Assembly: GCA_027451365.1 (NCBI GenBank)
Contig: DAIDJN010000080.1
Location: 1 to 61,906 of the forward strand
Length of the DNA: 61,906 nucleotides
DNA from: Phycisphaerales bacterium
Lineage (GTDB): Bacteria; Planctomycetota; Phycisphaerae; WQYP01
Direction of reading: 5' to 3'
This document shows positions 30,172 through 40,288 of the stretch, piece after piece (within the stretch, counting starts at the first letter, position 1; every line of letters begins with the position of its first letter). Both the position numbers and the translations under genes were made by a program. Below the pieces are notes generated by a model. It was not told the origin of the DNA and did not search any database. It saw only the letters and a list, made by a program, of their open reading frames with translations.

Positions 30172-31320
30172 TCAGTGAACCTTTGTTCCCGCAGGAGCAT
30201 CCGACGTTGAATCGCGTATCACCAGTGAACAGGCGATAGAGACGGTCATTGCCGCAAGGTCCGGACGTTCCAGCCGTTGCCGCATCAGATTCGTCGCCTG
30301 AATAGCCATACCTTCCGCTGACTGGCGGACGGTCGTTAACGGTATTGCGAGAAGTGCGGCCGTGGAAGTGTCGTCAAAACCGGTCAGCTTGATCTGCTGG
30401 GGAATCTTTAATCCCTCCCGCAGCAGCGTCCGCATCACCTTGGCCGCCGTCATATCATTCACGCAGGCAATACCATCGGGCCGATGCTTGGCCAGCATGG
30501 CGGCCACATAGGCGGAATCATCGCCGTCACCGGAACAAATATCACACCAGATCGCCGGTGAATGGGCAACGGCGCTCCGCACACCCTCCCAGCGGGCTTC
30601 GGCGGTGGGATGCTCGCGTGCATCAGTGAAAAACAGAATTCGACGGCAGCCGCGATTAATCAGATGCTGCCCTACCAGAAATCCGCCAAGTTCATTATCG
30701 GAGCCTACGACGTCAAACCGGCTGCGGTCATGCAAGTGGTGAATATCCCGATCCAGCAATATCAGGGGAATTTTGCGGGTCTGGCATTGACGCCCCACGG
30801 CTTCATTAATTTGGGCACAGTTTGCCGTCACTGGCAATGGCAGATAAAGCAGGCCGCGCACCGGCCCCTTGAACAGATGATCCAGAATATCGGCGGCAGC
30901 CTGTGGCGAATCGGTGTCCGTAATTTCATGGAACAGCAGTTGCCAGCCTAGTTTTTGCGATTCTCTGGCCAGAACCTGATGCACCGTGGAAAAAATACTG
31001 CCCGGTTCCAACGGAGGAAATATGACGCCCATGCTCGCTAATGCCGCTGGCTGGGGACCTTGGACGTAGGTACCCGATCCGCGGCGGCGACGCACAATGC
31101 CGGCGGCCTCCAGGTCGCGCAATGCGCGAATGACGGTAATACGCGATACGTTAAATTCCGCCAGCAATTCTGATTCCGTTGGCAGCCGGCTGCCGGCCGT
31201 GTATTCACCCCGCCGAATCGCCCGTAGCAGCGCATCATATACAGCGCGATACTTCGGCTGATTCTCTCGTTTGCGGACCGCGGCCTGCATAGGTTCTGGT
31301 TTTGTTGCGCTTTTTCGCAT
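30172..31320 (-). CDS. GntR-HTH / LacI sugar-binding domain transcriptional regulator (AraR-like architecture)
   Basis: RLPTESEL..FNVSRITVIRAL..GSGTYV; C-terminal ACVNDMTA, LTGFDD, LTTVRQ. Confidence 0.92.
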   Translation of the reverse strand: MRKSATKPEPMQAAVRKRENQPKYRAVYDALLRAIRRGEYTAGSRLPTESELLAEFNVSRITVIRALRDLEAAGIVRRRRGSGTYVQGPQPAALASMGVIFPPLEPGSIFSTVHQVLARESQKLGWQLLFHEITDTDSPQAAADILDHLFKGPVRGLLYLPLPVTANCAQINEAVGRQCQTRKIPLILLDRDIHHLHDRSRFDVVGSDNELGGFLVGQHLINRGCRRILFFTDAREHPTAEARWEGVRSAVAHSPAIWCDICSGDGDDSAYVAAMLAKHRPDGIACVNDMTAAKVMRTLLREGLKIPQQIKLTGFDDTSTAALLAIPLTTVRQSAEGMAIQATNLMRQRLERPDLAAMTVSIACSLVIRDSTSDAPAGTKVH

Positions 31321-31447
31321 AAAAATTCCAATGTTATTGCGAATTCCGTTTCCGGTATTCTCGCCGTTTGTCAGGTTTTAGCAAGCGGGGATCAAAATTA
31401 TCGACGATTGGCGTGTTGTCGGAAAATGCAAATTTCATAAAAGAGGT

Positions 31448-33442
31448 CTATTTTCTTAAAGTGACTGTTTGCCGAATATCCGTTTCTGGCTCCGCATTGG
31501 AATCCATGGATAACCGGCACCACCAGAACAGATACATGCCGCCGGCACCGATCAAAAAGAAGGGCAGCGTCATGAAAAAGGACGCGTAAGCCTTCATCAC
31601 CAACTGCATGGGCAATAGAAACAGGGTCACTTGCCAAAGTAACGCAAATGGAACAGTTAGCAGATCGTTGCGGTGCTCCGCACGAATGGCGCGCCTTCGG
31701 TCGCTGGTAAAAACATCGCGCATCGGCCCCCAGAAGCCGAAGGGTCGCGTTACCCGGTAAAAATTTTCGGTCACTTTTTCCGGTGTGGGGCGCGTCAGTA
31801 GCGAGCCGATTATGGTGGCCAGAAAGGAAATGAGGGTCATAAGCAGAAACTGCCGCCATTCCAGAAGATCAGGCGATACAATCCGCTCCACGATCGCGGA
31901 CACGCCGCCCGTCAGTGTTCCGGCGGCCACCCCCCATGCGTTGCAGCGCCACCAGTAAAGCCTTAAAACCTGTGGGCCCAGGGCACCCGCGGTCAGGCCC
32001 ATAGCAATCCAGCCCCACAAATTATTAATATTCTGGGCCTCTATCCCCATATAAAATCCGCCAGCGACAATCACCAGTGTCCCAAGGTATGCGGCCACTA
32101 TCAATTCCCGACCAGTTGCCCGCGGTCGCAGAAAATTTTTATAAATATCGTTCACCAGAAGCGCCGTGGCACTGCTGACCTGCCCGCTTAAAGATGTCAT
32201 CATGGTGGCCAGCATGGCCACCAGCAGAAGGTCACGGATTCCGGGAATCGAAATCGCACCCAGAGCCGCGGGGAGAATCAATTCCGGGTCAACCGATCCG
32301 CCGTATCCAACCAGCGGCAGTTTCGTTGTCCAATGCGGCCCAAGCACGCGTTGGAGGCCCGCAATAAGTCCGCGCGGACACCGGGCTGGATCATGCACAA
32401 TATGGGCGGTCAGGTCCTGCCAGAACGCGGGCGATGCGTGCGGGTAATAATGATGAATCAGCGCGGCGGCGGCACCCACCGTCTGCGGCGCGGCAAACAG
32501 ATGCCGCACCAGCAGAATGCCCAGAATCGCAAAGCCCATCATCATCGGCCAGCGGAACATCAGTGTGCCGGCCTGCAACAACGAAAGCAGCCCGCAATCG
32601 CGGTCCGTTTTGGCCGCAAAATAACGCTGTTCGGCACCGCCGCCCAGACCGCCAATCACGCTCCGAAGGAGATAGAAAGAGACAATAAAAATTAGGAAAT
32701 GGTAGGCGCCGTAGCCTGCCGGCGTATGCACCCGCCAGGTGGGCAACGAAACAGACCAATGCTGGTTTCCCGTCACCACGGCCGCGGTGACCGCCAGTGC
32801 ATGACTGTCGGAAAAGCTCATCCACGCATAAATCGCGACCACCACACACGCCGCGATCACCACCACGCCGTGAATCAGATTGGTTGCCACCACGCCATAA
32901 TAACCGGCAAACATCGTATAAAGGGTGGCCGCTCCAAATACCACAGCCGTGGCGGCAACAGGCGAAAACGGAACAAACAGCCCCAGAAAAAGGCTCGCCC
33001 CGCGCACAAAATAGGCGATCATGCCTATTACCAGCACAATGCCCATAAAGGCCGTGAGGAACCGGACAATTTCCGCCGACTTGCCCTCGCCAAAACGAAA
33101 AGTGTACCACTCGGCGGCGGTCATGCAGCGCGAACGCCGATGCCATTTGCCGGTAAAAGCCAGCATAAATGCCAGCACCAGCACCGCACCGCCGCGAAAT
33201 TCGATGAACAGGCCGCGCGGACCGAGCAGGTAAATAAACGAGGTAATCAGCATGGTTCCGGTCAGGTCAAACCACAACGCCATGCCCGTGATGCCCAGAA
33301 ATACCCACGACATCGACCGTCCGGCGAGAAAATAACTCTCCAGGCTCGAAGAAGCCCGCCGACTAAGCATCAGACCTACCGAAAGAACCAGGGCGAAGTA
33401 TCCACCGATGATGGCCAGGTCCCATGATCTTAAAGGTTCCAT
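31448..33442 (-). CDS. sodium:solute symporter (SSS) family protein
   Basis: YFLAGRSMSW, multiple TM helices, QRYFAAK, LRLYWWRCNAWG, FYRVTRPFGFWG. Confidence 0.9.
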   Translation of the reverse strand: MEPLRSWDLAIIGGYFALVLSVGLMLSRRASSSLESYFLAGRSMSWVFLGITGMALWFDLTGTMLITSFIYLLGPRGLFIEFRGGAVLVLAFMLAFTGKWHRRSRCMTAAEWYTFRFGEGKSAEIVRFLTAFMGIVLVIGMIAYFVRGASLFLGLFVPFSPVAATAVVFGAATLYTMFAGYYGVVATNLIHGVVVIAACVVVAIYAWMSFSDSHALAVTAAVVTGNQHWSVSLPTWRVHTPAGYGAYHFLIFIVSFYLLRSVIGGLGGGAEQRYFAAKTDRDCGLLSLLQAGTLMFRWPMMMGFAILGILLVRHLFAAPQTVGAAAALIHHYYPHASPAFWQDLTAHIVHDPARCPRGLIAGLQRVLGPHWTTKLPLVGYGGSVDPELILPAALGAISIPGIRDLLLVAMLATMMTSLSGQVSSATALLVNDIYKNFLRPRATGRELIVAAYLGTLVIVAGGFYMGIEAQNINNLWGWIAMGLTAGALGPQVLRLYWWRCNAWGVAAGTLTGGVSAIVERIVSPDLLEWRQFLLMTLISFLATIIGSLLTRPTPEKVTENFYRVTRPFGFWGPMRDVFTSDRRRAIRAEHRNDLLTVPFALLWQVTLFLLPMQLVMKAYASFFMTLPFFLIGAGGMYLFWWCRLSMDSNAEPETDIRQTVTLRK

Positions 33443-33839
33443 GAATCTCCATCAGGCCGACTGTGACCATCGCTGGATGCCTGATCTGCAGGCCGTCATC
33501 GGGTCAACTCCCGTTGTTCAGCATGGCGGGTAAGCCAATATCGCCGGGTTTAATCCGCGGCGGCATAGCGACCGGTTTTGCTACGACGGCATTTTACGAA
33601 CTTTGGCCCGAATCGAACACCCCCCTTTGCGGAGGGTTTAACCGTTGGACCACGGCGGCAGGAACACGACACATTTTCGGGAAGTTATGCCGGCAAATCC
33701 GGAAACGGTCGCGGAGAATTTCGCTCCCTTTTTTGAGGTCAGTTGATTTTTTTCGGAACCGACCGGATGATATGTTCACTCAATCGAAGCAAGTATAGCA
33801 ATGGTTTTGCGGCCTGGCGGCTGAATTCAGAAAAAAAGG

Positions 33840-35366
33840 ATGGAAACAATGACGAATCTGGACTCCGCGAATTTGCCAAAAACATCCGGACCGATCCCTG
33901 GAATCGGGCCAATCGTGTTCGCCGTTTCAGCGGCGGCTCTGGCCGGACTTCTGTTCGGCTATGACACCGGTGTGGCCTCGGGCGTGCAGGGGTATCTTCA
34001 GAGTTATTTCCATCTGTCCAATGGCTGGCTGGGCTTTGCGATTGCCTGTCTGGAACTCGGATGCGTTCCGGGAGCGATGTTTGCGGGAACCCTGGCGGAT
34101 CGCTATGGGCGCAAAAATATCCTCATTGTCTGCGCCGTCCTGTTTGCCATCTCCGGCATTTTATCGGCTATTCCCCAGGTCTTTTTTGAACTCGTTCTGG
34201 CTCGAATACTTGGTGGACTGGCCATCGGCGCCTCATCCATGGTGGCCCCGGTTTATATCGCGGAAATCGCACCCGAACGCCACCGTGGCCGTCTGGGATC
34301 ACTTTTTCAGCTTGGTATTGTGGTGGGGATTGCCCTGGTCTACTGGGTCAATTTTTTTATTCTCAAGACCGGGCACTCCATCTCCACCGCGCACGGTGTC
34401 GCCGCTGTGAACTGGAATCAGACGATGGGCTGGCGTTGGATGCTCGGTTCTGAAACCTTTCCCGCGTTGCTTTTTTTCCTGATGATTTTGGCCGTTCCGG
34501 AAAGCCCCCGCTGGCTGGTAATCAACAATCGGGAGGAGCAGGGGCGCACGATTCTGACGAAATTCGTCGGCTCAGCAGGCGCGGAAAGAGAAATCAAGGC
34601 GGTAAAGGAGGTCGCGGCTCAAGAGGACGGCCGATTCTCTGAATTGTTTGCTCCCCGATACCGCCTGCCGTTGATGATCGCCTTGTTTCTGGCGATTTTC
34701 TCTCAATTCAGCGGCATCAATTCCATTATATATTACGCGCCTCGCGTGTTTGAGGCTGCTGGCATGAAAACATCAAATGCATTTGGTTCCACGGCGCTGG
34801 TGGGAATGGTAAATCTGGCCTTTACCTTTATTGCGGTTGGATTTGTGGACAAAGCGGGGCGCAAGTTACTTCTGGCAATCGGCACAGCCATTCAGGTGCT
34901 GTCTCTGGCATCGGTTGGGTTGGTGTTCGCAATGGCTAAACACGCCACCGTGTTGAAACTGACCGGCGGCAAAATGGTTCCCCATGTTATTTACCATTTC
35001 GATCACACACAGGTGGTTGTTCTGCTTACAAGCATATTGGTATTCATTGCCGCGTTTGCCATGGCGATGGGGCCGATGCCCTGGATCATCATCTCAGAAA
35101 TATTCCCGGCTAGAATTCGCGGCCGCGCCGCATCGGTGGGCATATTTACCCTGTGGATTGCCATATATATTGTGGCACAGACATTCCCGTGGCTTAAGTC
35201 CAATGCGGGCCTGACCAACACCTACTTCATCTATTCCGGCTGTTCCCTTATCAGCTTCCTGTTTGTCCTGCTGGTGCTGCCGGAAACCAAGGGCAAGACG
35301 CTGGAACAGATTGAGGCGTTCTGGCATCATCGGCATCAGGCTAAAATTGACGGCGGACAGCGCTGA
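33840..35366 (+). CDS. sugar porter family MFS transporter
   Basis: GLLFGYDTGV, DRYGRK, YIAEIAP, PESPRWL, QFSGINSIIYY, PETKGKTLEQI. Confidence 0.96.
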   Translation: METMTNLDSANLPKTSGPIPGIGPIVFAVSAAALAGLLFGYDTGVASGVQGYLQSYFHLSNGWLGFAIACLELGCVPGAMFAGTLADRYGRKNILIVCAVLFAISGILSAIPQVFFELVLARILGGLAIGASSMVAPVYIAEIAPERHRGRLGSLFQLGIVVGIALVYWVNFFILKTGHSISTAHGVAAVNWNQTMGWRWMLGSETFPALLFFLMILAVPESPRWLVINNREEQGRTILTKFVGSAGAEREIKAVKEVAAQEDGRFSELFAPRYRLPLMIALFLAIFSQFSGINSIIYYAPRVFEAAGMKTSNAFGSTALVGMVNLAFTFIAVGFVDKAGRKLLLAIGTAIQVLSLASVGLVFAMAKHATVLKLTGGKMVPHVIYHFDHTQVVVLLTSILVFIAAFAMAMGPMPWIIISEIFPARIRGRAASVGIFTLWIAIYIVAQTFPWLKSNAGLTNTYFIYSGCSLISFLFVLLVLPETKGKTLEQIEAFWHHRHQAKIDGGQR

Positions 35367-35424
35367 AGCGGAGCTTGAGCCATGGTCTGCGGGTGATTTG
35401 GCGAGACACGCCGTGGCGCGCGAA

Positions 35425-37434
35425 TCAGCGGCGTTTGAACTGCTTTTCCAGGTCCCGCAAAGACAGGCGTATGGTTGTCGGGCGGCCATGCGGGCAATTG
35501 CTGGAACGCTCCACATCCAGCCGCTGGGACAGCAGCGAGCGGATTTCGTCAGGTGCCAGCGGATCGCCCGCCTTCACCGCGGCCTTACAGGCGGCCATAT
35601 CCAGCACTTCATGAAGAAGTTCTTCCTCACTGATGCGCCCGGAAGATTCCAACAACCGGTCCAGCAGGGAATGAATGTAGTCCACCGGATTGAGCCTGGC
35701 CAGCAGCGTTGGCAGGCTTTGCACCGCGACACTTACATGGTCAAATTCTGATATTTCCATACCAACGCGCTCAAACATGGGCTGCAGCCGCCCGATAATC
35801 GCCATCTGTCGCGGACTTACGGACACCACTACCGGCATCAGCAGACGCTGGGCTTCCATCGGGCCTTTGCGCACGCGGGCCAGAAGCTGTTCGTAAATAA
35901 TCCGCTCATGCAGGGCATGCTGGTCTATCAGCAGCAGGCCATCCGGTTCTTCCACTACCAGATAACTGTCGTGAACCTGCAGGAATTTTCCACCCAATGC
36001 GGTGTAGCCGCCGGTCTGGCCAGCACGGGCGGATGGGCCGGCCATTTCCGCCGATGGCCGGTGTACTTCCGTATTTACAGCGCTTTCCACGCCGGCCATG
36101 GGGGCAACGAACGACGCTGAATCCGGCCAGTCGCCCGCGGCTGGCTGCCGGGTGTCCACATCTGGGGTTTCCGCCAATGGTCCAGCAGGAGGATTCACCA
36201 GCGGAATCGCTGATCGGGTTAATTCATCCTGGCCCGTCGCCGAAGCTGTTCCCGACGAAGGAAATTCGAATCCGGACTGGGGCGGATTCGAGGCCCGAAA
36301 AAAATCGGCCACCACCTGGCGGCTCTGGGCGCTTTGCTGATCCAGATGCTGGCCGCCCGCCGGCAATCTCATGCCGGAGTGGAATCTGGCGGCGGCGGTT
36401 AAATCGCGAGCCAGCAACTGTTCCCGCAACGCGGCAAGCACGGCACGATATGGAAGATTGGGTTCGCGAAAGCGGACCTCAGTCTTTTGCGGATGTACAT
36501 TGACATCGAACGCTTCCGGATCCATCCAGACGAAAATCACCGCGACCGGCTGACTGTTGGGTTCGATCAGCCCGCGATATGCCTCCTTGATGGCATGAAG
36601 AAGGGACCGGTCACGGATAAACCGTCCATTAAGAAACAAATATTGGTAACGTGCCGTACCGCGCGCGGTTTCGGGCAGACCGATCCAGCCACCGACCCGA
36701 ATGTGCCGGTCATCCAGATTCACGCCGAGCAACTTGTCCTTTAATTCCGGACCGAGCGCCTGAACAATCCGCCACGGGTGATCCGCGGTTGGCGGCAGGT
36801 CCAGTGTGATGCGGCCATTGTGGGAAAGCTGAATTCCGATTCCGGGAAATGCCAGCGCGGTGCGCAGAACCATTTCCTGAATATGGCCGAATTCCGTTGC
36901 GTCGGTCCGCAGAAATTTCCGCCGCGCGGGAACACAGTAGAATAAATCGCGAATTTCAATTGTGGTGCCGGGCGGACCCGCGCAAGGTATGGCCGGACCA
37001 ATCACACTTTCGTGTGCTTCAATCGAAACCGCCTGCAGGTCCGCGGGCCGGCGTGTGATGATGCGCGCGTGACTGACACCCGCGACCGATGCAATGGCCT
37101 CGCCACGGAAGCCCATTGTGGAAATAGCGAAGAGGTCCTCCATGGTTCTGATCTTGCTTGTGGCATGGCGAGCGAACGCCAGGGGCGCATCTTCCGGCGA
37201 CATACCAGACCCATCGTCGGTGATGCGAATCAGCGTGCGACCGCCATTTTCAATCTGAATGGTGATGCGCTTCGCCCCGGCATCCACGGAATTTTCCAGC
37301 AGTTCCTTCACCACACTGGCAGGACGTTCCACCACCTCGCCGGCGGCTATTTTGTTAATCAGCGCATCGGGCAGCACGGCGATAGCGCCGCCACGCGGGT
37401 CTGCGGTCGCAACTGAAATGCTTTCTTCAGACAT
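35425..37434 (-). CDS. mutL: DNA mismatch repair endonuclease MutL
   Basis: IAAGEVVERPASVVKELLENS, GFRGEA, DVNVHPQK, DQHALHERI, ACK, CPHGRP. Confidence 0.98.
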   Translation of the reverse strand: MSEESISVATADPRGGAIAVLPDALINKIAAGEVVERPASVVKELLENSVDAGAKRITIQIENGGRTLIRITDDGSGMSPEDAPLAFARHATSKIRTMEDLFAISTMGFRGEAIASVAGVSHARIITRRPADLQAVSIEAHESVIGPAIPCAGPPGTTIEIRDLFYCVPARRKFLRTDATEFGHIQEMVLRTALAFPGIGIQLSHNGRITLDLPPTADHPWRIVQALGPELKDKLLGVNLDDRHIRVGGWIGLPETARGTARYQYLFLNGRFIRDRSLLHAIKEAYRGLIEPNSQPVAVIFVWMDPEAFDVNVHPQKTEVRFREPNLPYRAVLAALREQLLARDLTAAARFHSGMRLPAGGQHLDQQSAQSRQVVADFFRASNPPQSGFEFPSSGTASATGQDELTRSAIPLVNPPAGPLAETPDVDTRQPAAGDWPDSASFVAPMAGVESAVNTEVHRPSAEMAGPSARAGQTGGYTALGGKFLQVHDSYLVVEEPDGLLLIDQHALHERIIYEQLLARVRKGPMEAQRLLMPVVVSVSPRQMAIIGRLQPMFERVGMEISEFDHVSVAVQSLPTLLARLNPVDYIHSLLDRLLESSGRISEEELLHEVLDMAACKAAVKAGDPLAPDEIRSLLSQRLDVERSSNCPHGRPTTIRLSLRDLEKQFKRR

Positions 37435-37526
37435 GATGCCTCAACAAATCTACTCTTCTCGCGGTGTCAACCGCGCGGCCCGGCGCCAGATATTCCGGCC
37501 AGAATTTTACCCGATTGCCACCCCGC

Positions 37527-39188
37527 TTACCGGCTGGCGGCAGGCTTTCGCGCCCCGGGCTTTGCCACCCGCGCTGAAAAATGCAATTTCACCTGAAACA
37601 ACCTCTCAAAGCAATCGGACTTATGACGCGCCGCCCAAAGTTCCAGTTCCGGATCAAACGCAGTCTGCACCACAATGCTGACCGTTCCCTTGCGGCGAAT
37701 AACCCGCAAGTCGCGGACATTGCCATAATGGCCGCGGTCCAGAGCTTCGGCCAGGCGGAGAATCGCGGAAAGCTGATCCACAATTTTTCGGTCAGTTGGC
37801 GGAAGTGCCATATAGTCAGGGTGGCTTTTCTTCGGTTCACTGCGTCGATGGTAACGGGCGGTATTTGCCATGATTTCCAGTTCACGGGGAGAAAAACCGC
37901 TTAAATCCCCGTTTTTTATCAGATAAAGAGAATGTTTATGGTGGCCACTGTGGCCGATATGCCAGCCGATGTCGTGCATAAGGCCGGCGAATTCGAGAAG
38001 TTCACGGTAGTGGCGCTGCAATTTATGCAAAGGCAAAAGGCGATCAAAAAGATTGACCGCCAGCCACGCGACCTTTGTGTGGTGGGCCTCGTCAAAATTA
38101 CACCGCCGGCCAAGTTCCACCACACTGCGTCGCCGCGGATCGATTATTTCAACAGAAAGGCGTATCCGCGGCCAATGCGTCTGCATATAGTCGATGATCA
38201 TTCCCTCGCGCATCGCACGGTCAGAAACTTCAATCACCGGCATATCCAGTTCATCGAAAAGATATTTCACCAGCACCGCGCCGGCGACAATCTGGTCGGC
38301 CCGGCCGGGATCCAGCCCGGACAGGTCCAGTCGGTCCTTCTGATCCATATTCAGCAGTCGTCGATACAGCGTTTCAAAATCCTCGCGTCGGATTTCCGTA
38401 AGCAGGCGATGTCGGATAACCTCCTGCCCGTGGCGCGCCAGGCACATCGCCGCCAGATTTTCCATGGTTCCGGAGGTTCCGATGAATTTCGCCGGTGCCA
38501 GCGCCCGAGTCCGCTTGATAATGCCCTTGAGTTCATGATGAATATGCTTTTCGAGCGCCCGGATTTCCCCGCGGCTCGGAGGATCATGGGCGATAAACTG
38601 CTGGGTCAGGCGACTTGCCCCGAGTTTGCGGCTTTCCAGCATTGCGGCTTTCTGCGAATCACCGATGATAAATTCCGCCGAACCGCCGCCAATGTCCACG
38701 ACCAGCGCGCTGGAATCCACCATATCCACGGCCTGTCGCACCGCCAGGTAAATGAGGCGGGCCTCTTCCTGAGAGCTTATCACGCGGATATTCAAACCGA
38801 GCTGCGTTTTGGCGGCCTGCACAAAATCGCCGCCGTTAACGCTTTCCCGAACGGCGCTGGTGGCATACGCGCGTATCCGGTCACAGTCCAGATTACGCGC
38901 CACCCGCAGATAACGGCCCAACACGGCAAGCGTATGCTGCATGGCCGACCTGGTAAGTACATGGCGAACCAGCGCGGCGCTGCCCAGCCGCGTCAGGTCT
39001 TTTTCCGAACTTAAAATTTTAAAGCCGACTGACCGGGTGACTTCCACCACCACCATGTGCAGACTGTTGGTGCCGATATCAATTGCCGCAATGCGCAGGC
39101 CATGTGGCGCGCCGCGGCGCCCGCCGGATTCAGGCGCGCCGTTGCTATGGGACGGACCGGTCTTAATATATGTGCGAGACTTTGCCAT
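37527..39188 (-). CDS. ppx: Ppx/GppA exopolyphosphatase with C-terminal HD domain
   Basis: AIDIGTNS, ATSAVRE, EEARL, DIGGGSAE, MREG, MHDIG..HHKHS. Confidence 0.93.
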   Translation of the reverse strand: MAKSRTYIKTGPSHSNGAPESGGRRGAPHGLRIAAIDIGTNSLHMVVVEVTRSVGFKILSSEKDLTRLGSAALVRHVLTRSAMQHTLAVLGRYLRVARNLDCDRIRAYATSAVRESVNGGDFVQAAKTQLGLNIRVISSQEEARLIYLAVRQAVDMVDSSALVVDIGGGSAEFIIGDSQKAAMLESRKLGASRLTQQFIAHDPPSRGEIRALEKHIHHELKGIIKRTRALAPAKFIGTSGTMENLAAMCLARHGQEVIRHRLLTEIRREDFETLYRRLLNMDQKDRLDLSGLDPGRADQIVAGAVLVKYLFDELDMPVIEVSDRAMREGMIIDYMQTHWPRIRLSVEIIDPRRRSVVELGRRCNFDEAHHTKVAWLAVNLFDRLLPLHKLQRHYRELLEFAGLMHDIGWHIGHSGHHKHSLYLIKNGDLSGFSPRELEIMANTARYHRRSEPKKSHPDYMALPPTDRKIVDQLSAILRLAEALDRGHYGNVRDLRVIRRKGTVSIVVQTAFDPELELWAARHKSDCFERLFQVKLHFSARVAKPGARKPAASR

Positions 39189-39196
39189 ATGCTCTG

Positions 39197-39225
39197 ATTA
39201 TGCTGCCAGTAGTCATGATTGTCTA
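39197..39225 (-). promoter_or_regulatory. ppx promoter, probably giving a leaderless mRNA
   Basis: TAGACA-17 nt-CATAAT ending 8 nt before the ATG. Confidence 0.55.
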
Positions 39226-39238
39226 ACGGGTGTACCCG

Positions 39239-40267
39239 ATGAAGCACTCCACCGTCAAAACCACAAGATTCCAGCCGGCCGCGCCCGGCGCGCCGCCCCC
39301 TGAGGCGAGGCCCGAAAAATCGCCGGTCTTTCCCGCGCTCAAGCCACCACGGGGCGAGGGCTGGCCATCACGCCGAGCCACGAGCCTAAGCGCTCTTTTC
39401 CGCCGCGCCGAGGAACGAGTCCTGGGTCAGGTCATTGCCGCTGCTCATCAACCGGATGCCGCCGCGATTCATGACCTGCGCGTTACGCTTCGGCGATTCG
39501 CGGAATTGCTGCAGACCGCCCGAATTGCGGGCCTTCTGTCAGACGCCAAAGGCCGACGCCTTCTGCGGCGGATACGCGCTATTCGGCGGCTTGGCGGCGC
39601 GGTGCGGGATATTGATGTGCTGAAGGGGCTTCTGTCCACGCCGCCCGCCACCAGCCACCGCGCGCCAAATGCCGCCGCCGTGGCCGCTACGGATCGGCCC
39701 GGCCTGAAGCAATTCCGGAAAAGAGAAGAGCTTGTCAAAAAACTGCAATCCGAACTTCGCAAGCTGATTTCCAGCGGATTCTTGACCATGCTGAACCAAA
39801 GTTTAACCACAGGCCCCACTGCGCCGCGGAGCCTGACGGCGGCCCATATCTGGCGACGGGTTCTGGTGAATCGCCGCAATTTTTCCAGCGCCTGCCGGGT
39901 TGCGGCGGCTGGGGGAAATGACATCCAGATTCACCGCGCGCGAATCGCGGCAAAAAAGCTCCGCTATTCTTATGAACTTGCTTCCGAGGCTGGCGTGCCG
40001 CGGTTGCAAATGACTCTTACGCAACTTAAGCGTTTTCAAAAAATTACCGGCGATCTGCATGATGCCCATCTTGCAATGGAATTTTTTGAGTCTGGTGCAA
40101 AAAGGCGGCGCGATACTTTACCCCGCAGACTCCCGGCCCGCATGGCCACCCGCCATAAGCGGCTTCACGCCGCCGCGATAAGGGAACTCGCCTGCTGGCT
40201 CAACGTGCCTGTAATTCCGACCACCGCTGACCCGGATAATGGGGCATTGTCAAAAATGCGCCGCTAA
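39239..40267 (+). CDS. CHAD domain protein (polyphosphate-binding family)
   Basis: IHDLRVTLRR, VRDIDV, IHRARIAAKKLRY, GDLHD; very basic; divergent from ppx. Confidence 0.88.
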   Translation: MKHSTVKTTRFQPAAPGAPPPEARPEKSPVFPALKPPRGEGWPSRRATSLSALFRRAEERVLGQVIAAAHQPDAAAIHDLRVTLRRFAELLQTARIAGLLSDAKGRRLLRRIRAIRRLGGAVRDIDVLKGLLSTPPATSHRAPNAAAVAATDRPGLKQFRKREELVKKLQSELRKLISSGFLTMLNQSLTTGPTAPRSLTAAHIWRRVLVNRRNFSSACRVAAAGGNDIQIHRARIAAKKLRYSYELASEAGVPRLQMTLTQLKRFQKITGDLHDAHLAMEFFESGAKRRRDTLPRRLPARMATRHKRLHAAAIRELACWLNVPVIPTTADPDNGALSKMRR

Positions 40268-40288
40268 GCCAATCGGCGTCCAAAAACA

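Noticed and set aside
16176..35400. tRNA-anchored genomic island
   Set aside because: No integrase or transposase, and no duplicated tRNA 3' end could be found by eye
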